In this document: positions 34,805-47,634 of the stretch, in pieces
Position numbering within the stretch: position 1 is the stretch's first letter
Layout: the number at the start of each line of letters is the position of its first letter
Source of the DNA: Candidatus Peribacteria bacterium
GTDB taxonomy: Bacteria; Patescibacteriota; Gracilibacteria; BD1-5; UBA2023
NCBI GenBank assembly: GCA_040383945.1
Contig: JBEICN010000002.1
Coordinates: 1 to 57,965 of the forward strand
Length of the DNA stretch: 57,965 nt
Direction: 5' to 3'
Notes under the pieces: model-generated
What the model saw: only the letters and a program-made list of their open reading frames with translations
The model's database searches: none
What the model was told of the DNA's origin: nothing
Position numbers and translations under genes: made by a program

Positions 34805-35788
34805 ATGAAAACCCTACTAATAGACAAGGCCGACGAGGGGCAGCGTCTCGATCGATACTTGAGAAAGTATCTCCCTAGCGCCCCGCTCTCTGCTATTTAC
34901 AAACTTGCCCGAACCGGAAAAATCAAAATAAACGGAAAGCGAGTTATTAACGAGTACCGTGTCGAAGAAGGGGATCTTATGGACCTGCACGTATCTGACG
35001 ATATGTTGATGGCATATCAAAAAACATCCGCGACTCCCGTGCTTCCCACTCAGACAAAAGCTCGTCTTTCTGATTGGATTTTATACGAAGATGCATCGAT
35101 ACTTGCCATCAACAAGCCCTCCAAAATAAATGTCCATCCTGGCGACCATAAGAGCAATGAGGTGTCGATTATACAAATGGCACATGATTACTTTGAGGGG
35201 AAGTATAGTAGCCCTATGTTTTCCCCATCCCTCGTACATCGTATCGACCGAAACACAACGGGAGTTCTCTTAATTGCCAAAGATCGACACTGACTAAATT
35301 TTTTGCTTGATGAACTTCAGTCACATCGCATGCGGAAGAAATATCTCGCACTGGTTACGGGAAAATTGCAAGGCAACCAAACAATCCGCAGTCCACTACT
35401 GCGAATTGAAAACGCCAAAAATGAATCAAAAGTACGAGTCGATCCAAATGGACAAAAGGCGATAACTCACTATAAGTCCCTCTTTGCATCAGACAAAATA
35501 AGTCTGCTTGAGGTAGAGCTAGAAACCGGAAGAATGCACCAAATCAGAGTGCATCTCAGCTCTATCTGACACCCGATATTGGGAGACTCCGTATACGGAA
35601 AACGAGAAAAAAACCGAGAGCTCCAGATCGCTTGAGAGTCCTTTCGACAAATGCTCCACGCCAGAGAATTAGCCTTTGTTCATCCTGTCACTCGAAAATT
35701 GACCACTATAATAGCACCGATACCCGAAGATATGAGGATAGCTCTAGAGTACTACTTTCCTTTACTCGAAGCGTTTGACGCCTTGTAG
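34805..35788 (+). CDS. rluD: RluA-family 23S rRNA pseudouridine synthase (RluC/RluD-like)
   Basis: S4 domain (RLDRYLRKYL...KLARTGKIKINGKRV). Catalytic HRIDRNTTGVLLIAK. GRMHQIRVHLSSI-G-HPILGDSVYG. Ends in TAG at 35786-35788. Confidence 0.85.
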
Positions 35789-36765
35789 ATAACCTGTCCT
35801 ATGGGATTCATAGTATCTCTGAGGTATTCGCGTATCATGAGATATCGATCCTCGATGAGCACCATGAGAATATGAGAAGCGTACGTTTGCTCAAAATCTC
35901 GATATGCATCAAATGCATCATCAAATACTCTTTGGGTATGGGCAATTTCGTTTGTGGCTCGACTGGAAACACTTCCCAGTGAAGCCGCCAAAGACTCGCT
36001 GCTTGGAAATCTCTCGTACGGAGCATTGGGATCAGCCTGACGCTGTGCTCGGAGCTTATCCTCGTTTTGAATCACTCTAGACAATTGATTTTTGACATTG
36101 TCGTCAACATATTTGAGATAATGTCTATAATTACAGTACTCCATGGTCGCCGAGCGTATAAGAGATCGCTTCATACTGAGCTCAGCGCCATCGCCCTCCT
36201 CTTTTGATACATTTTTACATCCACGCTGTTTCATCTGTGATTCTATTTGCTGAGTTGCTCGCTCCAAATTGCGCACCATATTGGTGCCTTCTGGATGAAA
36301 TTCTTTCACGAGCCTCGTGTGAATTTTGTACTTGGTGTTGAGAACTGCACACGCATAAAGTGCGTTCATTCGCTCTTTATATACGAGAGAAGCCTTTTCG
36401 ATTTGGGAAGCGAGTGGGAGATTCTGGCTCTCTAGCGCAATAATTCCTTGGATCTCTAGTGGATCCGCCTTTATGGCATCAATACCTTCTCTAAACTTTT
36501 TATCTGCGTTGGCATCGTATATATCGGGATAAAAATATTCCGGAAAAACAATAAGATCCTTTGGGATTTCCTGCTGCGAGCCTATCGGTGAGTTCCAAGG
36601 AGCGGCGCTCTCTCACTTAGCGTAGCAGAGAGTCTTCACAGACTCTGTATAGCTTTGATGCGTATAAAGTCCAGGGGCATCAACTGCCCAAAGGGGCAAT
36701 GAAATTCCGCACAAGCTCAAGGCAAAGCAAAGACGCAGTGGTAAAAAAGGGCCTACATGACTCAT
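35752..36765 (-). CDS. secreted ORFan protein (337 aa) coupled to ATPase B
   Basis: ATG 36763-36765 overlaps the stop of ATPase B by 13 nt. Signal peptide MSHVGPFLPLRLCFALSLCGISLPLWA. Helical body. Ends in TAG at 35752-35754. Confidence 0.55.
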
Positions 36766-39149
36766 ATTCTAAAATTAATTTCCTTCTCTATAAATTCTCG
36801 CTCCCGACCGTACTTCAAACGAGAAATCTCACGGTAGGCTTTTGCAAGCTTGGGGTTTCCTGCTTCAAGATACGGATTAGTTGGAGTTAAGCTAAATGCT
36901 GTCGAAGGTTGTCCATCAATGGCAATTTTTGTCACTCATTTAAATTTATCCATATTCACCAGATCCATATCTGAAAATGCCGGACTAAACTGCTTGGCGA
37001 GAAATTCTGCATCCTCTGGGCCAACCTTATACGCCATCATGGACCCCACATTACCAAATATCGCATCTTTAAGATTTACATTGGACTTCGTAAGTGCATC
37101 TGACTTCTGGAGTTGCCCCAGATACTGATGGGCCACAATAAGTCACAATCGATACTTTCTGGCCTCTGAAAGTATCGATTCGATAGACTCGGTGATGTAA
37201 TTTTGAAATTCGTCAATATACAAGAAAAAATCGTGTCGATCTTGTCGATCAATGCTCTGTCGTCGCATAGCAGCCATTTGGATTTTTGATACCAGTATCA
37301 GTCCCAAAAGATTGGAATTAAAATCTCATAAAATCCCTTTGGAAAGATTAATAAAGAGTATCTTTGATGTCTGCATACAGTCATACACATCAAACGAGCT
37401 TTTGGTCTGACCGATGATGTTACGCATCAGTTTATTAGTAATAAATCCTCCGAACTTTGCTGCAAAATATGGGATAATTTCACCCTTTTCTCTTTCTCAC
37501 ATTTTCGCATATGTTTGGTCCCACCAACCACGAACGACAGGATCTTTGAGGGTTCTTCTGCGCTCCTTCTGAAATTCATCATCCGTAAAAAGTCGAAGTA
37601 TGTCCGTAAGGGCACAGCCACCGGGATAATCCATCAAAGTGAGCACTCCATTGCGGAAATAGTCTTGTATTCGAGGACCAAATATTTCGGAACCAAAAAG
37701 CTTGATCATAATGTTGAGCGCGTCTTGCGCCACTATTTGCTTCTCGTCGTCAGATGCTGCCTCGAGGATATTAATTCCAAGAGGTCGCGCCATATCTGCA
37801 GGATCAAAGTAGACAATATCGTCAGACCGAGACTTTGGAACAAACGGAAGAAGATCTTTGGCAAGATCCCCGTGAGGATCGATAACCGCAAGTCATCGTC
37901 ACGAACGAATATCCTGCCGTGCCATCGATTGGAGAATAGACGACTTCCCCGTACCAGTCTGCCCCACCACATAAAAATGACGGAAGCGGTCTTCATTCTT
38001 AAGAAAAATATCCTTTGTGACTCCTTGATAGGTATTAGTTCCGAGTAGCAACCCTTCAGTTGGTATATTGATTGGAGCCTTTACGATTTTGAAGTTTTGC
38101 CAGCGAATTTCTGCTATACGATTGTATTTGGAATGAGGAAAATGAAAGAGGGACGCGAGCTCCTCGGTCGTAAAAATGGTGGAATGCGAAGAGTTGGAGG
38201 ATCTCGCGAGATACTGTGTCAAAAATTGATCAAACGCACGAATTCGAGTAAGTTTGAGACTGTTATATCCGGGAGCACCGTACTGGGCATATGCAGCGGC
38301 AATGTTCGAGACGATGGACTCTATAGAATTTTCTTGGACCCCTGCAGCAAGCACCCGTATCGAAGTCCGAAACCCCGTCTTCTTCGCTTTTTCACGTATT
38401 CACTCCTTCTCAGTGAGGTGATCGTCAGAGTCGTGGGAATCCTTTGAATCATGATCGTCTACTCCACCAAAAAGTGTTCCAAAAAGACTTCCAATTCCGA
38501 ACCCATGGTGTGACTTTCCGAGCGACTTTTCAAACTTAAGTGCTTTGGATTGCCAAGTATCATGCATGGGAGATATGGCGATTTGAACTACCGCACTCTC
38601 AGCAGAAGAAAGCTTTGCCAGGGCTCAGAATACGGCATTCATGGGATCAGACTCGAGCTTTTGGTAGGACTTGATCGGCTCAAAATATGATTTTTTGGTT
38701 ATGAGCTGTCACCCTCTCACAACATTGCGCCCCTCAAATATGTTGAGCTCATCAACTGCTTCAACAAGCGCATCGGAGTACATGCTCGTAATGAGCTTCT
38801 CTATCGATCCTCGGATACTTGCCGGGGTCACGACTATCAAAGAAATTTCTCACGCATGAGACACTACCTCAAGCGACAGACTCGTATTGCCAAAAAAACG
38901 ATTGAGAAATCCGGCCTCACTCAAAGATCGAAAGCCCACCAGCAACTGCTCCATAAGACTGATCTGCTCCTTGAAATCGCGTGTAGTCTCTCGCTTCTCA
39001 TCACTATCACTATCTTTGCGTGGCAAAAGCACTCTCAAAAAAACAATGTCCAGCATTTGATCAAATCGACGTCGCCGATAATACCACGCAAGCCATATGG
39101 CAAAAACGATACAAATTCCGAGGGGAATTGCTACAAGGATTCCATTCAT
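36753..39149 (-). CDS. membrane-anchored VirD4/TraG-superfamily ATPase, paralog B (798 aa)
   Basis: Track ORFs 38850, 37899, 37497 and 36936 are in one frame. N-terminal TM helix. Walker A VVGQTGTGKSS, RS-G-R-G-LAVIDPHGDL, Walker B FFLYIDEFQNY, and KYRL-G-LIVAHQYLGQL. It is collinear with paralog A, including the N-terminal L(L)PR.DS...K/RE..DFKE motif. Confidence 0.8.
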
Positions 39150-39181
39150 GTATAGAGTATAGCAGACAACGCCCAAAACAC

Positions 39182-39219
39182 AAAAAATCCCCCGTCTCCG
39201 AAGAGATGAGGGATTTTTG
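39182..39219 (-). terminator. Rho-independent terminator after the S-layer gene
   Basis: GC-containing hairpin aaaaatccc...gggattttt. The minus-strand hairpin is followed by tttttt. It lies between TAG 39257 and the ATPase B start. Confidence 0.6.
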
Positions 39220-39256
39220 TATCAAGTAGATCAATTAGGTGAACCTAAGAGAAAAA

Positions 39257-42200
39257 CTAGAAGCTAAGAACCGCGCCAGCAACAGTGTAGCTATCAGAAG
39301 TATTGATAGTACCAGAAGCACCACCATTAGAATCTGTATAGCTGTATGAAACAGCATTAGTTCCAGAAGCCACACCTTGAACTCCTTCAAGAGAAGTACC
39401 GAAAGTGAGAGTTCCATTTGAAGGAGGAACGATACTAGAAGTATCAGCTCGAACCATAAATGTAACAGTTTGTCCAGCAGTAACAACGATAGCAGAAGCA
39501 AAAGTGAATGTAACATCACTTCCACTTACAGAACCAGTTGCGTAGTCAGTATTGTTGTATCGGAGTCGGTAGTTGGATCCAGATGCAGATGCATTACCAG
39601 AAAGGCGAACCTTAATAGCAGAAACTGAAACATCTCGAGTTCCTTCAGCCTTAATTGAGTAAGTCGCGATATCGTGATTGGTGCTTCCTACAACCTTTCC
39701 AGATGGAGTAGGCATAGTAGAAGCGAGAACAACCTTTGAATCTTGAACCAACATAGTAGCAGAAGGAGCAACAGTATTGGCAATAACATTAGAAGCAAGA
39801 GTAGAAAGATTTCCACCAGCAACTCCAGTATATTCAATAGCCGTAGGTGCAATTACCACTTCTCGACCCTTTTCGAGAGTTACAGAAGCAGTAGTGTCAG
39901 CTCGAACTGAGATTGACTTAGTACCTGCCTTAGGAATTACGAAGTTAAGACCCGTAAATTGAGCAGTGTTACCAACGAAGGTAGCAGTAGCTGAACCAAT
40001 TTGAGTTGAACCATCAAAAAGTTTTACATTAGTGAGGTTTCGTCCAAGATCAGTAACTCCAGTTAGAGTAGATCCTGTTCCAAGATTGAGTTTATCAAGT
40101 CGGATATCTTCATTGTTTGATGCTCGAACCTTGAATCAGAGAATTTCAACATTAGTCATTCCAGCAACAAGAATTTGCTTAGAAGGAGTAAGTGAATCAG
40201 CCTCAACGGTAAGAGTACCATTTGAAACGATTGAAACAGCTGAAGAAGATGCATTTGATGCAGGACCAGTTACGGAAACTGCAGTCTTAACACCTACAGC
40301 AGAAGTTCGACCAGATTCAAGAATTACCTGAAGTGATGTTGCAGTAGCAGCAGAAGTTACATCAGCGTAAACATCAATGGTAACCGTAGAGTTAGCTCCA
40401 ACATTGAGAGCACCTGCATTTACAGAGAAAGTGTTTCCTGTAGATTGTGGGTTAGCTACAGATGTGGCAATAGAGTTAACACCTACCTTAAGGGTAAGAT
40501 TGTTAATACCAGTCACACCTCCTGAAAGGGCTACTCCAACGGTAGTAACATTGAGATCATCAGCATTGGAAGCTTGAAGATTGAATGAACCAATCTTAGC
40601 GTTTGACTGTCCCTTAACGAGATTAGTCGTGCTGAATCCTCCATTTGCCGAAGCAGTAAGAGCAACATTTTCTACAGCAATAGTGTTTCCATTAGTACCT
40701 GTAAGAGTAAGTGTCTTGATTGAGTTGGACGAAATGAGCTTGTAAGAAGCGTCAATAAGTTCAGCTCGGTAACTATCTGAACTTGTAGCAGAAGTACCGA
40801 TAGAAGCTACGATAGCAACCTTAGCCGTAGCTCCAGCCTTGATGGTGAAGTAGGTGGAAAGGTAACCAGTATTTGCTCCAGACCCGTAGTTAGCTGCGTT
40901 AGCAGCATCCGTAGAGAATACTGTTTGTCCATCTACCGTAAGCTTAAGGGTTCCTCGGAGATTTGTAGTACCAGAAACTTTATTCACCTTGAAGTTAAGT
41001 TTTTGGAATTCCATATCCTCACCAGATGCCTTAACATCGAATGTTCCAAGAACTACATCATCAATACCAGGAGCAGCGCTCTGTGATCGTGAATCAGTAG
41101 CCTTAGCTACAGTAACTGTACCCTCTCGAACCTTGTACCAGTATTGGGTAGAAGGAAGAGAAGTAGCAAGAACGTAGTTTCCCGTAACCGCACCCTTAGC
41201 TACGATATCAAAATCATCTCGGATCTTTGCAGAGAAAGTTCGAGTTGAATTGTATTTACCAGTAGCTACTGAAGCCTTAACGGTGAAGAATCGGCTAGAA
41301 CCTTGAGGAATAGTGTAAGGAGCAGTAAATTGGAAATTTACATATCGTCCTACAGAAGCTGTTGCAGAAGCAAGAACATTTCCTTCTTGTGAAATAATTT
41401 GGAAAGTATCAAGGTCTCCGTCAGAAACAGAACCTTCTACGAACACATTAACTCCTTCAACAACGAGGTCTTCCTTAGAGTTCGTTTGCTCAACCTTGAA
41501 CTTTGCTACCTCAGTAGATTGTCCAATGTCGAGGGAAACTGCAGCACCCTCAGTTGAAGCACCACCTACTGCGATTGCAGTAACGTTGTATTGAACGAGA
41601 GCAGAAGAACCGTCAACTACAGAGTGAACTGCAGAAGAAACTGGAGCACCAGTAACAGTACCACCAGCAAGAACCTTAGAAAGAGTAAGACCTACGGTAC
41701 CAGAGTAAACTCCAGATCGTACATTGAGTGCGATAGTAACCGTCTTAGTTTCACCAGCCTTGATTTGAAGTGGAGTAGTTCCAAATGAAACGGTAGCCTT
41801 TCCATCAGAAGTGAGAGATTGAGCAACGTTTCCAAGTCGTGAACCACCTACCCAAGCTGAGATACCTGCAACATTAGTGTTGGAAAGGAGTCCAGATCGA
41901 GTAACTTCAACACCAGTAACCGTAGCATCCTTAGATCCAGCCTTGATGTCTACCACAAGAACCTTGTTGTAAGCAGAACCAGTTGCAAGGGTAGTTGCAG
42001 CAGGAGTAGCAGGATTTACAGAAACCATAACATCACCAGTAGCAACGGTGGTATCAGTACCAACGGTTACACCAGTATTTGTTGTAGGAGTTGTAGGAGT
42101 GGTAGTTCCAGTGTTAGTATCTGGAGTAACTGGAGGCTCAACCATATCAGTAGTGTCAAGCGCAAGAGCACCTGCAGCTACCTTGAATGCTTCACCACGA

Positions 42201-42748
42201 GTTGAGGTAGCATTTGGTCGGAATGAAGTACCAGACTTAATAAGCCCTTCTTCAACCGCAGCGTTAACGTAACCGTAAAGGTCACCCATAGACGCAGGAA
42301 CATCAGTGAAACCAGCAGAAACATCAGTAGGAGCTACTCCTCGGGCAGAGAGAAGCATCTTTACCATTTCGGCTCGAGTAACGAGATCCATTGGTCGGAA
42401 TTTTGCATTAGCTGATGAAACAATTTCAAGATCAGCTGCAGCTTCGATGTATCCACAAAGGTCACCCAAAGCAGAAGTTACATCAGAAAAGTAGTTTCCT
42501 GCACATTCAGCTGCTGATTCATCAGCGAGCTTAACTGCAATTTTTGCCATTTCAGCTCGAGTGATATTATCACCGAGTCGGTATCCGGCTTCGCTAGACT
42601 GAGTGTTAATAACACCAGCTTCAGCAAGGGCTTCAGCATTAACGGCAAACTCAGAAGCTGCGAGAGCGGTGAGCGATGAGCTCATTGCCGTTGCAACGAT
42701 TGCGAGTGCGCTAGTTGTTGAAGTTACCTTTTTAAAAAGATTACTCAT
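39257..42748 (-). CDS. S-layer-like surface protein: signal peptide, three SLH-type repeats, Thr/Pro linker, then tandem beta-sandwich-like repeats (1163 aa)
   Basis: MSNLFKKVTSTTSALAIVATAMSSSLTALA. SLH-like segments ..ITRAEMAKIAV.., ..VTRAEMVKMLL.., ..STRGEAFKVAA... Linker PPVTPDTNTGTTTPTTPTTNTG. Recurrent modules of the form xLGxFxVxAsxxEDhxhxxhxh. Track ORFs 40136 and 39257 join over TGA 40136-40138. Confidence 0.85.
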
Positions 42749-43163
42749 AGAGCGACTATAAGTTAAGAATAAAATATCGTACTGCATGAATCTTGGGTCT
42801 GCCAACCTTCAAAACATGTCTACGACCAGGTATACTTCCTGGGAAGTTAAAGCTTTAACCTCTGTAAGTTTCCTTGACGAGAGGAAACATTCGACGATTG
42901 TTTTTCAAGCGCAAAATATTTCCTCCCGTTTTCAGAAGCGGGAGGAGGAAAAGAAGATGTTCAATTTGATACGCGTTCGCACACGTACTCCGTCGTTTTG
43001 AACAAAACAACGGATGCAGAGAGTGTTAACGAACGTGAAAAGGATTGAACACCTTTTCGTGCCTCGAATTATATAGAGAATGGAGTGATGTCAAACGCAA
43101 TACTGGGCTCTTCACACTTTTTTCACACATCATTCGGGGAAGAACGCGTCTTCAAACTAGAGC

Positions 43164-43898
43164 CTATAATATATCTTTTTTATTTGCAAATATTGTGATT
43201 TCAAGAAGTTTTTGCCTTTCTAATGCTGAAAGCTTGGAATGTTGACCTTCTTGTAAATTTCATAATTCTATATTTTCAATGCGAATTCGCTTTAGTTTTT
43301 TCACGTCATGCCCAATAGCTTCCACCATGCGTCGGATCTGCCTATTTTTTCCCTCTCGAAGAATTATAGTGAAGGCTCACGATGCTGCGCGCTTAACCTC
43401 TGCGGGGAGCACCCTTTCCCCAAGCACCTCAAGGGTTCATGAAGCAAGTCGCTTGAGATCAAAATCTTCAATACGTCAATATACTTCAACCAGGTATTCC
43501 TTCTCGTGCATATACCTGGGGTGCATCAGGTAGTTTGAGAGTCGACCGTCATTGGTCAAGAGAAGCAGTCCTGTGGTATCCTTGTCAAGTCTTCCGATAG
43601 GAAATACTCGCTCTTTGATGTCGACAATGTCCATGATGCCGGTATCGTTTTGACTCACACAGGTGGTTACGATACCACGAGGCTTATTGATTTTGTAGTA
43701 GACAAAATCAGCGATTTCCAAAATAGCCTCATCTCCGACTACTACCCGATCCACCTCTGGATTGATCATCTGACCGATAGTAGCAACTTGGCCATTCACC
43801 GTGACAAGGCCTCGTGCAATAAATTCCTCTGCCTTTCTCCGAGAAGCAAAACCAGACTGCGCGAGATATTTATGAATTCTAAGAGAAGAGCTTTCCAT
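43164..43898 (-). CDS. rluB: RsuA/RluB-family pseudouridine synthase
   Basis: S4 domain (RIHKYLAQSGFASRRKAEEFIARGLVTVNG). Catalytic GRLDKDTTGLLLLTNDG. REGKNRQIRRM. Four in-frame TGA codons. Ends in TAG at 43164-43166. Confidence 0.85.
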
Positions 43899-43904
43899 GA
43901 TGTA

Positions 43905-44792
43905 TTATGTAATGATACGGACTTCTTCGTGAAGCTGAATCTGAAATTGTTCACGAACTTTGGACTTTGCTATTTCTGCAATTTCAAGAACATCTTGCCA
44001 CCTAGCACCCACGGAACTTACAAAAAAATTAGCATGGTGTGGAGAAATTTGCATGCCACCAACACGAAATCCTTTGAGTCCAGCCTCATCAATAAGCCTC
44101 CCCGCGCTCGTGCCGGGAGGATTGGTAAAATAGGATCCGCAAGAAAGGCCGGGGGGCTGTTTGGTCCGTCTGGTTTCTTGCATTTCTACCATGGACATTT
44201 TGGTAAACGGATTCTCCGCCTGACGATATTCCAAGTTGAACACGGCAGACAAAACGAGGTATCGATCTTGTCATTTGAGAGCAGAGAATCGGTACGAATA
44301 TTTCATGTCAGAATTCAAAAGTCTGGACACTTTGCCAGTATGGGTATCCAAAACCTCGACATGTTCGACAATTTGGCTAGAATCGAGTCAAAAGCATCCA
44401 GCATTCCCCACCACAGCGCCGCCAACAGTGCCAGGAAGACCTACCCAAGGAAGCAGTGTGGGGGTTTCGAATTTTTTTATGCTTTCAGAAACAAGCGGTC
44501 AAAAGGTGGCACCAGACTCCGCGGCAAGCATAAGCACTTCTCAATGCCTTGAGAACTCAAATGATTTGATTGCGACATGAATGATAATGCCAGGGAAATG
44601 GTCGAAGGCAAATAGGCAGTTTGTGCCTGATGCAATATAAACAATGGGGAGTTGGGAATTTCTAGCAAGCTCGATTGCCTGAAGAAGGTTCGGTACTTGA
44701 TCTCGGCTCGTGAAGTCAAAAAAATATTCCGCCATAGCAGGTGTTTTGAAGGCTGAGAATCGAGAAATATCTTTATTTTGTTCCAATGCCAT
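43905..44792 (-). CDS. murB: UDP-N-acetylenolpyruvoylglucosamine reductase
   Basis: Track ORFs 44541 and 43905 are in one frame. LPGTVGGAVVGNAGCF-G, and SCGSYFTNPPGTSAGRLIDEAGLKG. Ends in TAA at 43905-43907. Confidence 0.85.
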
Positions 44793-47634
44793 GTATGGTA
44801 TGTGTAGTAAAATAACGGCGCAGTGCATCGGCCGTGTAGGAATGTTTTACCTTGAGAATATTGTGTAGTGGACCGCTATAGAGCAAGTTTCCTCACTTAT
44901 GTCATCATTCCGGTCCAATGTCTATGATGTAGTCCGCATTGGCAATAATGTCGAGATTATGCTCAATAACCACGATGGTATTCCCCTTCTCCACCAAGCG
45001 TTCCAGAATTTCCAATAATTTTTGAACATCGGAAAAATGTAGTCAAGTTGTGGGCTCATCAAGAATATACAAGGTTTTTGAAGTAGATCGCTTGGAGAGA
45101 TCAAAAGCAAGCTTTATGCGTTGAGCCTCCCCACCAGATAGCGTTGGGGCAGATTGACCAAGTCGAATATACCCAAGCCCAACATCTACCAAAACTTGGA
45201 GAATGCGAGTAATACGAGGGAATGCAGCAAAAAACTCAAGCGCATCCTCACAGGTCATAGCAAGAACATCGGCAATAGTCTTCCCCTTGAATCTGACTTC
45301 TAATGTTTCAGGATTGTATCGACTTCCGTGACAAGATTCGCACTCAACAAATACATCTGGAAGAAAGTGCATTTCGATCTTTTTTACCCCCGATCCTTCA
45401 CATATTTCACATCGACCACCTCGGGTATTAAAACTGAATCTACCTGGTCCAAAACCTCGCTTTTGAGCCTCAAGAGAACTAGCAAAAACTTCTCGAACAA
45501 AAGTAAAGAGTCATGTATATGTCGCGATATTTGAATGTGGCGTTTTTCCTATGGGTGCCTGATCAATAATGATCGACTTATCGATGAGGTCGAGTCCGGA
45601 GATTTTTTTATGCTTTCCTGGTTCATCAGAATTATTTCCAAAAAAGCGTGTGACTGAATTGGCAAGAATGTCCATAATCAATGATGATTTTCCAGATCCA
45701 GACACTCCCGTTACCACGGTGAGCATGCCCAGTGGCAGAGAAACATCTATATTCTTGAGATTGTTTTCCGAAGCTCAAAAAATTTCTATATGTCATTGTG
45801 GCTTACGCTTTGACTTTTTGACATATACCTGCTTTCTTCCGGAGAGATAGGCTCAGGTTTCAGAGGCAGTATCAGCACAAATCTGATCATACGATCCCTG
45901 GAAAATAATCTCTCAACCGTGCACTCAAGCCTGAGGTCCTATGTCAATAATATGATCTGAGGCCGCCATAATATCCTCGTCGTGCTCTACCACAATGACC
46001 GTGTTGCCAATTTTAACCAGTTTTTTGATGTTCGAAATCAGCATATCATTATCTCGTGGGTGGAGTCCTATGGATGGCTCATCAAGTACATAGATAATGC
46101 CTTCGAGCCGGGTGCCTATTTGGGTAGCAAGACGAATGCGCTGGGACTCGCCTCAAGAGAGAGTCTGCGCCTTTCGAGAAAGAGACATATACTCCAGGCC
46201 TACACCCTTCAGGAACTCCAAACGCTCTCTCACATTTTTGAGAATAGGCTCTACGATTTTTTCTTGCATTTGACTGGTACGAAGTTCTTGGAAAAAATCG
46301 ATTGCCTCACCTACAGAGAGTTCGCACAACTCCCCGATATGCTTACCGCCCACAAAAATCGAGAGAAACTCCTGCTTGAGTCGATATCCATGACAAACTG
46401 GACAGCTAATTTCAGTGACAAATTGTGAGATTTTTTTGATAAATGGATCACCTGGGTCGGTTTCACGATACCTTCGGCTCAAGGTGGGCAAAACCCCCTC
46501 GTACTTACTTTGATAGGTCCTTACTCAGTCACCAAATTTTGAATCTGGAACTATTTCATAATGCTCTCCGGGAGTTCCGTAAAGCACTTTATGTTTGTGT
46601 TCCTTTTTGAGCTGAGCGTATGGTACATTCATTGGAATTTTGTGGCGTTTCGCCATTTCCTCGATAATTTTAGAATAGTATGGGTGGCTTGCCCAAGGGA
46701 GAATAGCCCCCTCTGCCAAAGTTAAATCAAAGTTTATAATACGATCTTCTAAAAATGCCACCTCAGACCCGAGACCGTGGCAAGATTCACAGGCTCCATA
46801 ATGAGAATTGAAAGAGAAATTTGAAATGGTGAGATCTTTGAGCTCATAATCACAAATCGGACAAGCAGCGCTTTCGTGAAATGCTTTTCTTGATTTGTCA
46901 GAAAGACGATATAGGGTAAGTCGACCCTCACCTGCTTCATAGGCAGACTGAAGAGAATCTTTCAATCTTGTCAAAAACTCTGGCTCATCCTTACGAGAAA
47001 GTCGATCAATCACTATATCTGCAACGTCATCTTCCGTAAGAAGTTTTTCTGGGGGAGTATCTCCAACCGAAAACACCAATTCACCCACCTGATATCGAAC
47101 AAATCCTCGGTCTAATACGGTTTTTCACACAACCTCCAGTGTAGGATATGGCACGCTGTGAAGCAGGGGGGCAAGAATATGAAATTTCTCACCAATATCA
47201 AAACCTTGGACATATTCGACAATATCGGCAATCGTGTTTTTACGCAATTCGACCTCAGGATGGTTTGGACACTTTTGAACTCAAACGGTGGTATACAACA
47301 ACCGTAGGTAATCATAGATTTCGGTAATCGTGCCAACAGTAGATCGAGGGTTTGTAGATACGGTTTTCTGATGTATGGCAATCGTCGGCGAAAGTCCATG
47401 AATTTCACGAACTTTCGTTTCGTCATTAATCGAACTAATGATCATTCTTGCATAGGTCGACAGGCTTTCCAGATACCTGCGCTGTCCTTCGGCATAAATA
47501 GTGTCAAATGCAAGCGATGACTTTCATGATCCGGAAACTCCTGTCACTACAACAAGGGCATTCTTTGGAATATCGATGTCAATATTTTTGAGATTGTGGG
47601 TGTTCGCTCCGCGAATCGAAATTTGGTCTGACAT
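44773..47634 (-). CDS. uvrA: excinuclease ABC subunit A
   Basis: [23 protein letters not shown]. Walker [14 protein letters not shown] (TGA 47524-47526). Zinc-finger Cys pairs. Second Walker [31 protein letters not shown]. All fragments share one frame. Ends in TAA at 44773-44775. Confidence 0.92.

Noticed and set aside
42786-43001. 71-aa plus-strand ORF in the region upstream of the S-layer gene.
   Set aside because: It overlaps the hairpin-rich leader, has no coding-like composition or motif, and lies on the opposite strand from all neighbouring genes.
43650-44552. 300-aa plus-strand ORF, the longest uninterrupted standard-code ORF in that region.
   Set aside because: It lies antisense to rluB and murB, which have clear catalytic motifs. 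Its translation is Arg/Ser/Phe-rich with no recognisable domain.
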